From Moniliella sp. 'wahieum' (Eukaryota), in assembly GCA_003971905.1 (NCBI GenBank), contig RSEE01000003.1, forward strand, positions 186,001 to 250,000: DNA of 64,000 nucleotides. The letters run 5' to 3'. The notes beneath the pieces are model-generated. The model was given only the letters and a program-made list of their open reading frames with translations. It was not told the DNA's origin and searched no databases. The position numbers were made by a program, and so were the translations under genes. Positions 23,708-35,784 of this stretch are shown piece by piece (position 1 is the stretch's first letter; each line of letters opens with the position of its first letter).

Positions 23708-25343
23708 ATGTCGACGACGACCGCGCCGGACGCCGGAAACGCCGCGCCCAGGGAAGCATCGTGGTCAACGGCAAGGCCTATTCCGCCGCCAAGGTGCGCA
23801 AGAGCTGGTTCTCCGTCCAGTCGCAAGGGCGACTACTACTGGTTCAACAAAATCACGCGCGAAAGCTCGTGGCAAACGCCCCCCGGCTACTCCCCGTCGC
23901 ATCTTCCCCCCCCCATGCACGTCTCCCACCGACGACGCACCCCCTAGCAATGACCCCTCCAAGGCAGCGCCCACGACAACTCGCCTCCCCCTGGCCTTGT
24001 CAGCCCCATCCTCCCGCCGAGGCAACGAGACGATGCGCCTCGCCCCTATGTACGACGGCGACGAATTGGACCCCCGACGTCTCCCGCCTGGCGTGGTACG
24101 GGGAAAGTCGAATCAGCAGGCCAAGCCCGCGCCGAGGGGGACACAGTCATGGCGAAAAAGGAATCGCTCGATGCAGAGGAACGTCTCTCCCTGTCGAACC
24201 AGGCTCAAATTCCCCAGCAGCCTTGGCGTCCCCAAGCTTTCCACGATAACTCACCTGAGACGAACCAATGGCCGAGGTGGATGGCCCGGAGGTCAAGCCT
24301 GTCAAGTCGCCGATGCCGATGCAGGTCTGTTTGAGCCTTACAACCAAACTTGGGCACCCTCAAACTTCTTTGACCCCAAGGAGTCAAAACAGCGGTACTT
24401 TGTTGTGATGCTCAACCAGGCCATTTGGGAAAGCCACATTCTTTCGTTTGAACGTCTTTGGAGCCGAGGTACGCCCACGTTGCCCCTGCCAGAGCAAAAG
24501 CAAGAGGATGCTAACCATGCGAAGCTGCGGTCCGTGTCTGTGCGGATGGCGCGGCGAACCGGCTGTACGATATGTTCTGTGGACGAGGGTTCACCAATGT
24601 GGCTCTGGCGAATGACACGCCACACCGGGTGGGAATTCACAAGATGATCCCGCCGACGAAATTATTGGCCTGGATTCACTCCGGCAGGATGTCAAAGACT
24701 TCTTTGTCGGTCTCGGGACCCAGATTCTCCCCCGTCCGTCTCAATATTCGACCGACCTCCAAAAGAGCCTGCAACGCGTCGAGGATTTGGAGGACGAGTA
24801 TATGCTGGAGACGAGGCGTGATGTGGTCATCTATGGTGGCCTGTCAGGTCGGTTCGACCAAACAACCATACCCTCCACGTTCTTTGGCAAATGGCTACGG
24901 GGGTACCGGTCCTGAGTGGAGTGTATGACCCCAACCCTCCAGATCCAGAGTCCCAGCGGGGCGGCTTCCTCCAAAAACGTACCCACACCTACGTTGTTAG
25001 CGACGATAGCCTTGTCTGGCTCTTGCCGAGGGGGGAACATCGAATCGAGTTGGACCGTCGGCTTTTGGGAAAGACATGCGGCCTGCTTCCGCTCGGTATC
25101 GGGATGCAAGGTGGCGGTGCGAGGGTGGGGACAAAAGGGTTGGAATGGAATTTATCGCCCAACCAAACCACCCATCTTGGCGGCCTTCTCTCCACCTCCA
25201 ACCACCTGACGGGCGATGGCACGGTCGAGATCCAAACCAACACGCCCATCTACTGGTCAGTCGAACTCAAGTCGGACGAGGAAATCACAACGGAAGTCCG
25301 CCGGGCTCGGGAAGCGGCGCGGAACCAACAGCTAAGTGGGTAA
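23708..25343 (+). CDS. THI80: Thiamine pyrophosphokinase with putative N-terminal WW-domain extension
   Basis: VVMLNQ, intron 24469-24524 restoring WSRAAVRVCADGAANRLYD, SQYSTDLQK, VIYGGLSGRFDQT, KTCGLLPLG, TKGLEWNL, GGLLSTSNHL. Upstream WW-like SWFSVQS/GDYYWFNKITRESSWQTPP at 23791-23886. Confidence 0.88.
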
Positions 25344-26279
25344 CTATGGATTTCTTCACGACGCTGCCCTTCCGCTTGGCCTGATCTCGGGTACCCGGCC
25401 CAATTCGCCCAGAGTGCCAAGGGACTCCCTGCAGCTTTTCTACCAGGCACTGGCCTTGGAAAGGACTAGCGTGCCGGTACGGTACAGGATCGGTTACCAT
25501 TGCCTCCCTGCCGCGGTTCCGACAGAGGTGTGATGCGGATGGCGCTACTCAGGTCATCCACCTGTGGCCTGAGCGCCGAGTGGGCGGCAGATCCAAATTG
25601 AGAGCCGGCTTGCTTGGACGGGGACGGTTAGGTGGATGGGCCATTTGCAAGAGCAAGAAGGCACCTGTGGGGCCAAGCCGCTCCTCATCGATCGATGATC
25701 GATCATCCGGCAAGACGACTCGCTACTTGGCTGCCTGGCCCCTGCGTCGCCTGGGCCGCGCGGGGGGGGACAGACCCTGTACGATAAGCACCTGCCCTGC
25801 TGATGTGCCTTGCCTCTCCTGGTACGATCAACACGCTTGCTGAGGACAATACCAGTGGTAGCTGTTTAGCGCGTCGCCCCGAGCCGTCTTGGTGGATGGA
25901 GGAGGCAGCTGTAGAAGGGCGGGGCAGGCATCGAAGTCATGGGGTGAGCGGCGGGCGGGCTTTGGGGACGGATGTACGTACGAGCAGAGAGGACGAGGAT
26001 TGTATTTTGCGCTCAAGCCGGCGGCGCAGGCGTAATAAACGGTGGGGCAGCCGGCAGCGCCTCAGGCCAGCTTCGATTATTATCCCTCTGATTGATTGAT
26101 CGGTTGATCTGGCCAGGCGTCAGCCTCAGGGGGTACTGCGACGGCCCCAAGCCACCCCATCCTTTGCCCCGACGCAGCCCATCAGACAACTCGAGCGCCT
26201 GTGCATGTCCCCCGTGTAGCCCGCTTCTCCGCCTCCATCTCCATCTCCACCACACCCCCCCGCCATCCCCGTGTGCACC

Positions 26280-29202
26280 ATGGACGGGCGCACCGATGTG
26301 TACTCCGCGCCCGTGCCGGAGCAGGGCGACGCGCGCGCCATTGCCCTCTTCCTTGCTGACCAGCTCGCCCCCCCGCCCCCCCGCCCAGTGTGCCCCCCTG
26401 CCCCCGGCCGCCATCCTCCCTGTCATCTCGACCCCTGACGTGGGTAGTGCGCCCAGCACCCCGTTGCATGAGCCGAGCTCCTCTCCTGGGCATAGCAGGG
26501 AGCTGCTTGCGCCCGAGTGGGTCTCGGAGGACCATCTGCCCGCCGTGCACCCGCGTACGTCGCGCCAGATCTCCACCCTGGCCCACCGCGCCGGATCGCT
26601 ACGCTTCCCCGTCCTTTGACCAGCTCGCCCGTGTCCACGCTATCGGCGAGCCTCCTCTGCGGCGAAGACTGCCCCTGCCGGAGTCAGGAGAACGAGGTGC
26701 AGAACAATCTCCGCTTAGCTGCTGGTACGTGGCCATAGCATCCCCCGGTGAACCGAAGCACTAACATTGAGGCAGAGATTGGACTGGCGTTGGTCAAGCG
26801 CAACGACGAGTTGACAGCCGAGAATGGCGGGCTGGAGCGGGTACGTGATAAACTCGTCTCGCGTCTGACTGAGACGATCAACGAGTCGGTGAGCCTCAGC
26901 CATGAGCGCGACCAGCTCACTCTCAACGTAGAGGCGACCGAGCGAAGCAACCGCGCGCTTCTTGCCGAGCTGGATGAGGCCCGGTCGCAGCTCAAGGCGG
27001 CCCAGCGAGAACGACACGCCTGGTCCCTCGCATCGATGCGATTGGACCAGACCCTGCGCGAGCTTGATGGGGTGCAACAAGACCTACAATGTGTGCTTGA
27101 GCGCGAGGAGCATGCCAAGGCGCTGATTCATCGCTTGGAACATAAGATATCGGAATTGGAGCAGCAGGGCGTTACCGCCCGCAGTAGGCTCGTCCTCTTG
27201 GAGCAACACCTCTTTTCTCTTATCCCCGACTGGGAAGGAGGAGAAACCGCAACGCTGGTGCGAGCGCGCGAGGTGATTGCGCAACGGTTCAGCAGCCCAC
27301 ACATGACGCCGATGCGGTACGCGTTCTAATCCAGCTGGTACGGGACAACGAAGGGCTTCAGGCGGAGGTACGGGAGCTTAAGGTTTCCCTACAGGAGAAG
27401 GAGGAACAGTTGTCCGTGTTGGGACGGACTACCCCTTCTCTTTCTACATCCATCCATCGGATTTGATCCGTTGGGGCCTCAACTTTCGCCTATGAAACGG
27501 AGCAACTTTGACGACGACTTGTTGTCCCGTTTTGGGGGGTTGGAATCCTCCATCCACGCCCCGTGGAGCAGCGCTTCCCCTCCCTTCGTCCCCGGTGCTT
27601 CGTACTTGTCCACGGATGATAAGCAGCGCGGATCGGCAATTGAATCGCAATGGTCCATGCCTTCCGGTCCTGCCTTGGATGTGGTCAAGCCTGAACCTGA
27701 GCTTGAAGCTGAAGCTGAACCTGAACCTGAACCTGAGCTTGAACCCGAACCCGAACCCGAACCCGAACCCGAACCCGAACCCTCTTCCGAAACGGGGACC
27801 GAAATGCGCGCCAAGTCAATTGATACGTCCCCTCTCTCCCATTCCTCGCTCTTGCCTTCGCTGCGATCACGCCCGGCCATGCCCCAAGTTGATGCTCCCT
27901 CTCTTGTGGCCGAACTATCAGTAGGGAAAGCGCCGGCGTGATCCTCGCACGGCACAACTCTCTACGCTCTGGAGACGGTGCAGCGGCTGCTCTCACGTCT
28001 TTTGGCGGCCGATGTGCTCACGCTGCACCATCGTTTGGCACGGCAAAATCTTCCAGGGGGGAAGAAGCTGTCAAGCACCTAGCCCAAACGACCGTTCGTT
28101 CCATTTTGCGCGACACAGAAGGACTTAAGGACCATTTCCGCAGCTTGATCGAGGCAGAGACGCGCAATCCTCTGCCCCACGGACGCGGAGAGAGCTTGGT
28201 GACACGCAAAGATTTCTTTAGCTTGCTCACGCTCTTGCGCAACGCACTGTCTGAACTTGGGCGTCTGCGTCTGACGATCAATGAGATTCATCTGCAGCCG
28301 GCGTGGCCGCGCGGTTTTTGCAAGAACTGCTGGGGTTGGCCCCCTGGAAAACAATCGGGCAGCTGGCTCAGCAAGGTATTTGGTCCCCGCGACTTGTCGG
28401 ACACACCAAGCGCCTCCAGTGCTTGGATTGGGGATGGTCTACGACCCCTCTGAAGCCGGCATGACCAACTCGCCGGCGCCTTCGGCAGGGTCGGGCGAAA
28501 CGCATCGCCCGCTTTCCACAGCTTTGGCAGGCGAAGTGGTAACGCCCGTCACTGCCGTCGCTCTGCCCCAAGGCCGCCCTCCGCCGCTGGAGCGGGAAGA
28601 GAGTGTCTTGTTTGGCTCGCAAGGCCCGTCGCCGCAGAGAGAGGTGACTGGGCTGCCGTCGCAACGGACCGCGCGTCTGTCCCGCGCCCAGAGTGCAAAG
28701 CTAAAGGAAATCTTCATGGGTGCGCCGGGGGAGCGAGTAAAACGGGGTCACACGGTTCGCCTGTCGCGGATCGTGGATGATGCCGAGGTGGCTCATCTGC
28801 GCGACGGGGCATCGGCGCCCGTGCTACGGCGCAACGTGTCGGATACGAGCTTGCGGTCCACATTCCAAAGCCAAGCACGCGGGGGGGCGACCGGATGCGG
28901 CTGATCACGCCTGCCTCGCTCGCCTTGTCGGCGTCTTCGGCGGGCGGGGTCAGTGTGGCGAACAAGAGTTCGTCCAGCAGCAGTGGACGCAACGCTTCGT
29001 CTCTGCTTGGGATCGCGCAGCGAAAGACGGCGACGGGGAGCGTGCCGGTGCCGGTGCCTTTGCTGCCGGTGTGCGGTCGCGGCGGGCGGGGACAGGTGGG
29101 ACGCGGCCCGTGTCGGCGGTGCAGCGGATGCGCTCGCCCGAGGGCTACTATGTAGGCAGCTTGGATGACCGGCGTGCGCCGCGGCGGCTGCACGACTGGT
29201 AG
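26280..29202 (+). CDS. Uncharacterised coiled-coil protein with Cys cluster and AAxxG (CC1-box-like) motif
   Basis: Intron 26725-26775 joins LCGEDCPC...NNLRLAA|EIGLALVKRNDEL; heptad-rich region to ~27420; EP repeat; helical block ESLVTRKDFFSLLTLLRNALSELGRLRLTINEI. Ends approximate. Confidence 0.7.
27690..27782 (+). repeat. Coding hexamer microsatellite (GAACCC/GAACCT)n encoding Glu-Pro repeats
   Basis: PEPELEAEAEPEPEPELEPEPEPEPEPEPEP visible in the sequence. Confidence 0.9.
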
Positions 29203-29974
29203 GGGTGCTATTCTGGTGCTATTCTCGTGTTGCTGGCGGGGGCCGGCAGATACCCAGTGGATGCCATGATCTATGTGTGGGTGGCCGAGCAGTCCTACCC
29301 TTGTAGCTTGCGTGACGCTGGTCCGAGGTCCGATTGGTCAGGATGCGCCCCGCGGGCAGATCTATCCAGGCGTGTCGGTATCGCTGAGCTCAGCCACGCC
29401 GTGTCGCATGGGAGCCGCGCCGCTGAGGTAAGCGGCTGGCGGCGGCTGGCGCTCCCGCCGGCGCCGATGCGTGGCTGGCGAGCGGCGGGCGTAGCAGGGC
29501 GTGGGAGGACGCACGGGGCGAAGGCAACGCCCAACACGCCCGCTGCCGCCCGCACACGCCCGCATGCATACACTGCGCCAGTGCCGCCACGCGGGGCCTA
29601 TCCCCGCCATCCGCGCGGGGAGCCCACCTGCCGCATTCCATCTGCGCATTCCGTCCGGGCTGCGGGGTTAGGCGGTAAGCCGGCGAAGCGGAGGCGGCGC
29701 TCGCTTGCCCAGTTGCTGAGCGCTGACACGCAGACGCCCACAGACAGGCCGGCGGATGCACGCACGAGCCGGTGGCTGTGAATCAGTAAACGCATCAGTA
29801 CATGCGCACATGCGCACGCAGTGCATCAGCCTCTTCAGCCGCAATTACGCCGGTTTCCTCCCCAGTGCCGCCGGCTTCGCCTGCCTCGTGCTTCGTCCAG
29901 TCCGCCCCACCCTGCCTCCGCTCGGCTCGCTTCCGCACTGCTGCCCTTTCCCCTCAATCTCCCTCTTCCCTCCC

Positions 29975-32258
29975 ATGTCGGCGCCCAGTGATGCCGCGCC
30001 GTCGTCCTTGCCGTGCATCTTACCCCCCCGGCCCATCAAGCGTCTACGCCCAGACGAGTCCACGCCCGATCCCGAGCACGCGGAGGGCCGGTCCGACGCT
30101 TCCGATCCGCTCCCAGGTCCGCCCGTCGATGCCCTGCGCGAGGACGACGCGCCGCTCGATTCCCAGCGCGCCAGCAAAAAGCAGAAACGCGCCACGCTTG
30201 CTTGCCACCCTTGCCGCCGCGGGAAGCGCGGATGTGATGGGGGCATGCCGTGCTCCAACTGCCAGGACAGGGGTACGATTCTGCACTGTCGGTACAAGTA
30301 CGTCCGTCTTTCTCTCTCATCATGCTATCGCGCCTGCTGGCTGACCGTCCTCCATATATTAGTCTGAACCACTCGGGCGAAACGTACGATCCGACCCTGA
30401 TGCGGACCATGGAGATGCCGGTACCCCCCATGCTGGCCATGAGCAAGCCCTCCGTCGCCCCGGATCACCAAGACCATCTCCTCGCCATTTACCAGCTCTA
30501 CGCTTTTCCTCTCTGCTTGGCTGTGCCCGCAGCACGATTGATGCTCTTCCCCCTCCCAAGATGCAGAGTGGGACCCAAGTGGCCACCAAGTATGCCGTCT
30601 TGGCCCTCGCCGCCGTGCTAGAGACCAACCTGGTCACCGCAGGGAAGTTGCAACCTTTTCCCCATCCTATTTCGTCCTCCGTGTCTGACAAGGACATGGC
30701 GTTTCCCCGGTGGCACGAGGACACGGCTTACCAGCTAGGCGTCATGGGACAACATTGGGCCGAATATGCGCGTCTGCAACTGCAAAACAACAGAGGGGGC
30801 GACATGTCGTCTTCGGAAGAGGAGATGCTTGCTGTATGTGCTCACGTGCTCCTCTCCCAGTATTACCTCTCCATGGGAGAGACGGGTACGGCGAATGAGC
30901 TCTGTCAGGTGGCCCTCGCTCGCGTTCAGAGGCGCTTCCACCTTTCGCCAAAGGAGGAGGGGCCCTTTGCCCACACGCTTCGCCAAACCTTGGGAATCAG
31001 CTTGGTAGGCACGTTGATCAGTGCTTCGCTCTACGCCTACGTCCCACTCCACTTTCTCGACCGCTCTTTCCTATCGGTCCAGAGGGAGGAGAATGGGTTG
31101 GTCGCCCTCCGCCTGGGCGCAGCCGCCTTTGCTGGGGCCACAATGATCGCCCGGGGAGGGAAGGCGGCAGCGCAAGCAGCCCAGCAGGCCTGGACGGAGG
31201 CGCTCCCGCCCGAGTGGCGGGACCCCAGTACCACCCAGTTGGCACAGACTAGGACAATGCTCGAACAACACTACTTGGATCACGCGCCTCTCAGTGCAGA
31301 GGAGGCCTGTTTCTACTTTGACTACCTCTTGGGCCAAACGGCCTGTCTCCTTCTCCTTCTTCACGACGGTCGGGAGGATCGTGCGCAGCCATTGGCCACC
31401 CATCTCGTCTCTCTCCTCCAAGGGGAGAGGTTGAGTGAACTGCGGCTGACCACTCCTCTCCTCGCAGGCGTTGGCCTCGTCCTCTTTGCGAGCCAAGTGT
31501 ACTTTGCCGCGCCGCTCAGCTCGCTATCGTGGTGGAAGGAGTGCCAACAAGCGGTTCCCCTCGACCGCGGTGCGGTGCGTTTCTCGGACCTCGTCCGGCT
31601 CTGGTTGCCGAACCAGGTAGCCAGCGCGGCGCTTCCCCACCTGGGCGAGGTACCTCTGACGCTATTCCGATGGCGCACCGCACCCACCTTTGTTGATCCC
31701 GACTTTGTTTCTCCGCGACCGCCGAATGCTCTTCCCGCCTCTCGGAGCCGCACTAGCACCAGCTCCACCCCTCGCGCACGGGGCAAGGCAACGTCGAGGC
31801 GGACGTCCAAGCGAAACGTGCCCTTGGGTCCTGAGTTGACTCGGCGCAACTCCATCATGGTCGGAGAGTTGCAAGCGCGGCACGACCGCGCGCTGGCCCC
31901 CCTGGGCCGACGCCACTCGGTTTCGGAGCAGCGCGGACAAGGCACGTCGTCCCGACGACTGGGCTCCGTTCGGTCCACATTGGTTTCCTACCATCACCAC
32001 GGACCAGACCCAGATCCAAACACAGATCAACACCCCGACCTCGACCAAGACCCAGATCAAGATCCCGATCCAGATCCAGATCAAGCGCATGACCTTGACC
32101 ACGGCCACTATCAAGGGCCTGGACGCGACTATGCTCATGTCCCGCCCCCCATCGCACTGGTGAAGAAAAGTAAAGTGGAAGACCCTCGTTCGAGTGTCGC
32201 TTTCCTACTCAATGCCCCCCACCCCACCGTTAACAGGACCAACCTTATCCTTCTGTGA
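29975..32258 (+). CDS. Zn(II)2Cys6 fungal transcription factor
   Basis: ACHPCRRGKRGCDGGMPCSNCQDRGTILHC binuclear cluster; intron 30298-30362; continues into the 565-aa ORF 30561-32258. Confidence 0.85.
32003..32083 (+). repeat. Coding hexamer repeat (CCAGAT-like) encoding Asp-Pro/Asp-Gln tract
   Basis: PDPDPNTDQHPDLDQDPDQDPDPDPDQ. Confidence 0.8.
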
Positions 32259-34009
32259 CCCGCCGGATCACCTATTGATATAAGAAATGGAAGGTGGGTG
32301 TTTGTATCGATTGGTGCGATGCTGAGGGTTATTGGTACAATGTTTGTCGTCGCAGCGCACCGCTATACTAATAGCATATGGTACTAGCAAATGGTAAATG
32401 CTTAAGACACGAAGGAAATGACCAGTAACGCAGAGGTTGCGGAGATGCAGGGAAAGATGAGCTGAAGATGAGCTCGATGAGCATCCCAAATCCGACGAGT
32501 GGCGTCGAGCCGTTGGGGATAAATGAGCCACGAGTTTTGTCCAACACACAGGAAGATAGTCTAGAGAGGAACCCCTGCCCTCCCGTGAGAGAGGCGAATT
32601 CAGAGTGTGGAAGAGGCTTCCGCGTGAAGGCCCCTGTGAAGACTCTTGCGCCACATGAGCGGCATGAGCGGCATGAGCCGCTCACTTGCTAGTATCCGCC
32701 GCACAGCTCCGTTCTCTCCAGGGGGAGAAGATGGCGGGAAATACGTTAGAGTTTCAAGCTGTTGGAAGCTTGAAGCTTAATGCATAGCTTGATGAGCTTA
32801 ATGGGGCTGAAGAAAACGTCAACGCGTCAACCCGTACGGTACGGAGTACTGATTGAGCTGTCCCAATCGTTCGATAATCGATCATCTCGATGAGAACTTG
32901 AGAGAATCGCGGCTGGTTGGACATGTGACGCGTGAGTTTAGCGTCTAAAAGCAAGTACGTATATGCCGTGGTTGAACGTACACGTTTTGACATGCATGCT
33001 GTTGTCACATTGGCCACAGGAGCGACGAGGGGCGACGGCAGCTACGGTGTACCAAGGCGCGACGCGGGTAAGACGACGGCGCCGGCCTGGGCCTGAGATT
33101 GCAGAGACCTGATTAACTGATTGATGCCCCTGAGGCCTGCCGGCCTGACGTGTGATGCATGACCATGTCGAGCGAATGATGCTGGCGCATCCTAGATGGT
33201 CTCTCGATGCTCGATCGAGAGCTTGAACGAGTATATGGAGAACGGAAGGAGGTTATGTATAGTTACAAGCCAGATAGTCAGTTGGCAGGGTGGGTTCGGG
33301 GTCAAAGCCAGAGACTGGACAGGAGAGCGTCTGAGAGGCAGCGCAGATCGAGCGTCTCGATGCCAATGCGTCACCCTCAAGCGCACCGAAAATCGTCTTG
33401 CGAGCGCCCGAGCTGTAAAAGAACCGACATCAGCGCTGAGGCTCAGCGCTACTCGTGCTCAGTGTGCTCAGTCAGCACACAATATATTGGTGGAACAGTG
33501 CATGAAATGAGTTCCTGGAGCATTGTCAGAGAGGGTAGCCAGTAGCCAGCATAGCCTGTACTGAGGTCCAGTATTCAGTATTACACTACACGGAGTATAC
33601 GCCGGTGCATATGCAAAAGTGATAACCACCATCACACATGGTACACAGCCAGGGCATGCAAACGATTATTACGCATCTGCTAATCCGGTAGCGGTGTTTG
33701 AGCGCTCGGGTTGTATCTAGGACGCATCCGCTCAGCTCACTCACGCACAAACGCTCCAAACGCTCAGCAGCTCTCGGACCATCGCCCCACCATCCCGTCC
33801 GGTCTCTCGCCCGCCCTGCCGTCCATCTGATGCAATCTAGTGTGCCATGCGTATGTCTTCCCCCTCAATCCCTCCCTGAAAAAAATTAACGGCCATCTGA
33901 ACGATCCGAACGGATGCTGACAGACCGCTACAGCCATTCAGAGCAAGTGACATGTTCACTATCTTGCCACCAACACATTTCTCGCAACCGCTCACTGCGA
34001 AATCTGAGG

Positions 34010-34871
34010 ATGGGTTCCCCTTCCCCTGCCCATGGGGTGTGGCGTAAACCTTACCTCCCTCTCTATGGCCACTGGCCACCTCAGCCACCATATTCCTGGC
34101 CACATCCCACTTTCCCCTCTGACTGTTCTCCCACAAACGGCTCATCCAAATTCAGTGGAACCGCTTCCATCATCATTCCCTGCCCTTCCTACTCCCCCCC
34201 TTCAGCCAGATTCCTATGGCCCGAAGGATCCTTGAGTGACCCAAACTCCTGGAGCACGTTGCCTGCGACTGCGGCCCAACGGGTCCTGCGGGACAAAGAG
34301 TGGATATGCCATCAGCAATCCACGTCCCCGCCCTGGCGCCTGCCCCTGCTGGTACCCTTGGCCCCAACCGCCCCATCAGGCGCGCACGGCGCCCACATTG
34401 CCAACACCACCTTGGAGGCTGCTTCTTCAGGTGGGCGGGCACGAAAACAGGGTACGTTTCCCTGTACGTTGTGCGGTATTACACGGTGAGCCGAATGGAC
34501 AGCCTCACGCGGCACATGAAACGCAAACATGCCTCTCAAGTGCAAGCTGCGGGGGGCAACATTGGCCTTGGCCCATTGGGGCTTGCGTCTCTCACGCCGT
34601 CTCGATCCAGTTCCATGGCAGCTGCCCCCTCGCCCCCCAACTCGGAGGGCGGTCGGTGTGCAGTTTATGTGGCCTCTCTCTCTCAGAGTCGATAGCTTGC
34701 TCCGCCATCTCAAAAAGCAGCATCATCAGGACGTTTGACGAGAGGGGGAGCCTGGAGTCCGTCAAGTTCAGGCCCTCAGGGGTTCAGGATGGATTGGACA
34801 CCCCTTGCCGTCGTCGTTCCGGCTCAGATTCCTGTACGCAACCTGAACTTTACATTCGCATCGTCTCTTAA
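34010..34871 (+). CDS. Small C2H2 zinc-finger protein with two widely spaced fingers
   Basis: FPCTLCG/YTVSRMDSLTRHMKRKH and CSLCGLSLS/RVDSLLRHLKKQH reconstructed across indels; ends approximate. Confidence 0.72.
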
Positions 34872-35030
34872 CCTTGCACTCCATGGTTGCCTTCGGTATT
34901 TCCTTCCACCGGCATTTGTAATGTTCTACACCAGGCGGACTGGCAGGCTATTATGGGGGCGGAAGGAACGTGATATACGTGTGTTTATGCGATCCCAGGT
35001 GCGAGTGTTGTGCCGATCGCCTGGCTATGG

Positions 35031-35122
35031 CATGCTTGTCAAGAACACTGGTAACAGAAACTCTCGCATCTCCCGGCATGTTTGTCGAGAGCACGGGTAA
35101 CAAAAAATCTCGCATCTCCCGG
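35031..35122. repeat. Tandem duplication, 2 x 46 bp
   Basis: catgcttgtcaagaacactggtaacagaaactctcgcatctcccgg followed directly by catgtttgtcgagagcacgggtaacaaaaaatctcgcatctcccgg. Confidence 0.9.
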
Positions 35123-35784
35123 ATGAATAGGACAAAGGGGATCAACTGGCTGCGTTGAAGGGCATGACGCTTCCATGCCTTAACTCGGGGGAGATTTGAG
35201 GCACTGAGGTAGTCTTTGTGCTCCGGTGCTCCGCATGAGAGGGAAGTACCGTAACGTTTGGGCACTGCTGCCCTGATATCGCCGGACCAATCGCCCCCCA
35301 TTTTGAAAAGTCCACAAACAGACGGGTTCAATTCAGAGCGCAGCGCCCAGCAAGCCTGCCTAGGACCAACCTTGAAGACCCTGTGGCTATTAAGGGGGCT
35401 GCAACGGAGGCACACAGCAGCTGGCCATCCCGCTCAAGCTAGTTGCAGCCCGCCCCTGGGGGCACCGAGTGGCAACAGGCCCCCGCCGCAAGTCGCACAA
35501 CAAAGGGGCCAGCAGATGTGGACGGACAGACTGACGCAGTATTGAGAAATTGAGATATTGAGACTCGATCTCAGACGGGGCACTGAGTAACTGAGTACTG
35601 ACGTGGACATGGGCGCTAGGGTTGGACCAGCTCCGCCACACTGGCGCGGTACGGGGTGCAGGCATTACGCCACGGTGCGTGCCTAGCCCCAGCTCAAGCT
35701 CAAGCTCCTGGGCGTGGCCCGACAGGCACGGGAGATAGCCCCCCTCCACCACCCTGTCTCCCGTCCCCCTGCTACGCCCTTCCC

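Noticed and set aside
23600..24530. TPP riboswitch associated with the thiamine pyrophosphokinase gene
   Set aside because: No aptamer consensus segments seen in the leader or the 56-nt intron.
27317..27334. GTACGC...CAG as a tiny intron in the coiled-coil gene
   Set aside because: Too short, and the sequence reads as continuous coiled coil (DAVRVLIQLVRDNE) after a single indel.
35031..35122. CRISPR-like repeat
   Set aside because: Two adjacent units without spacers in a eukaryotic context; no cas genes.
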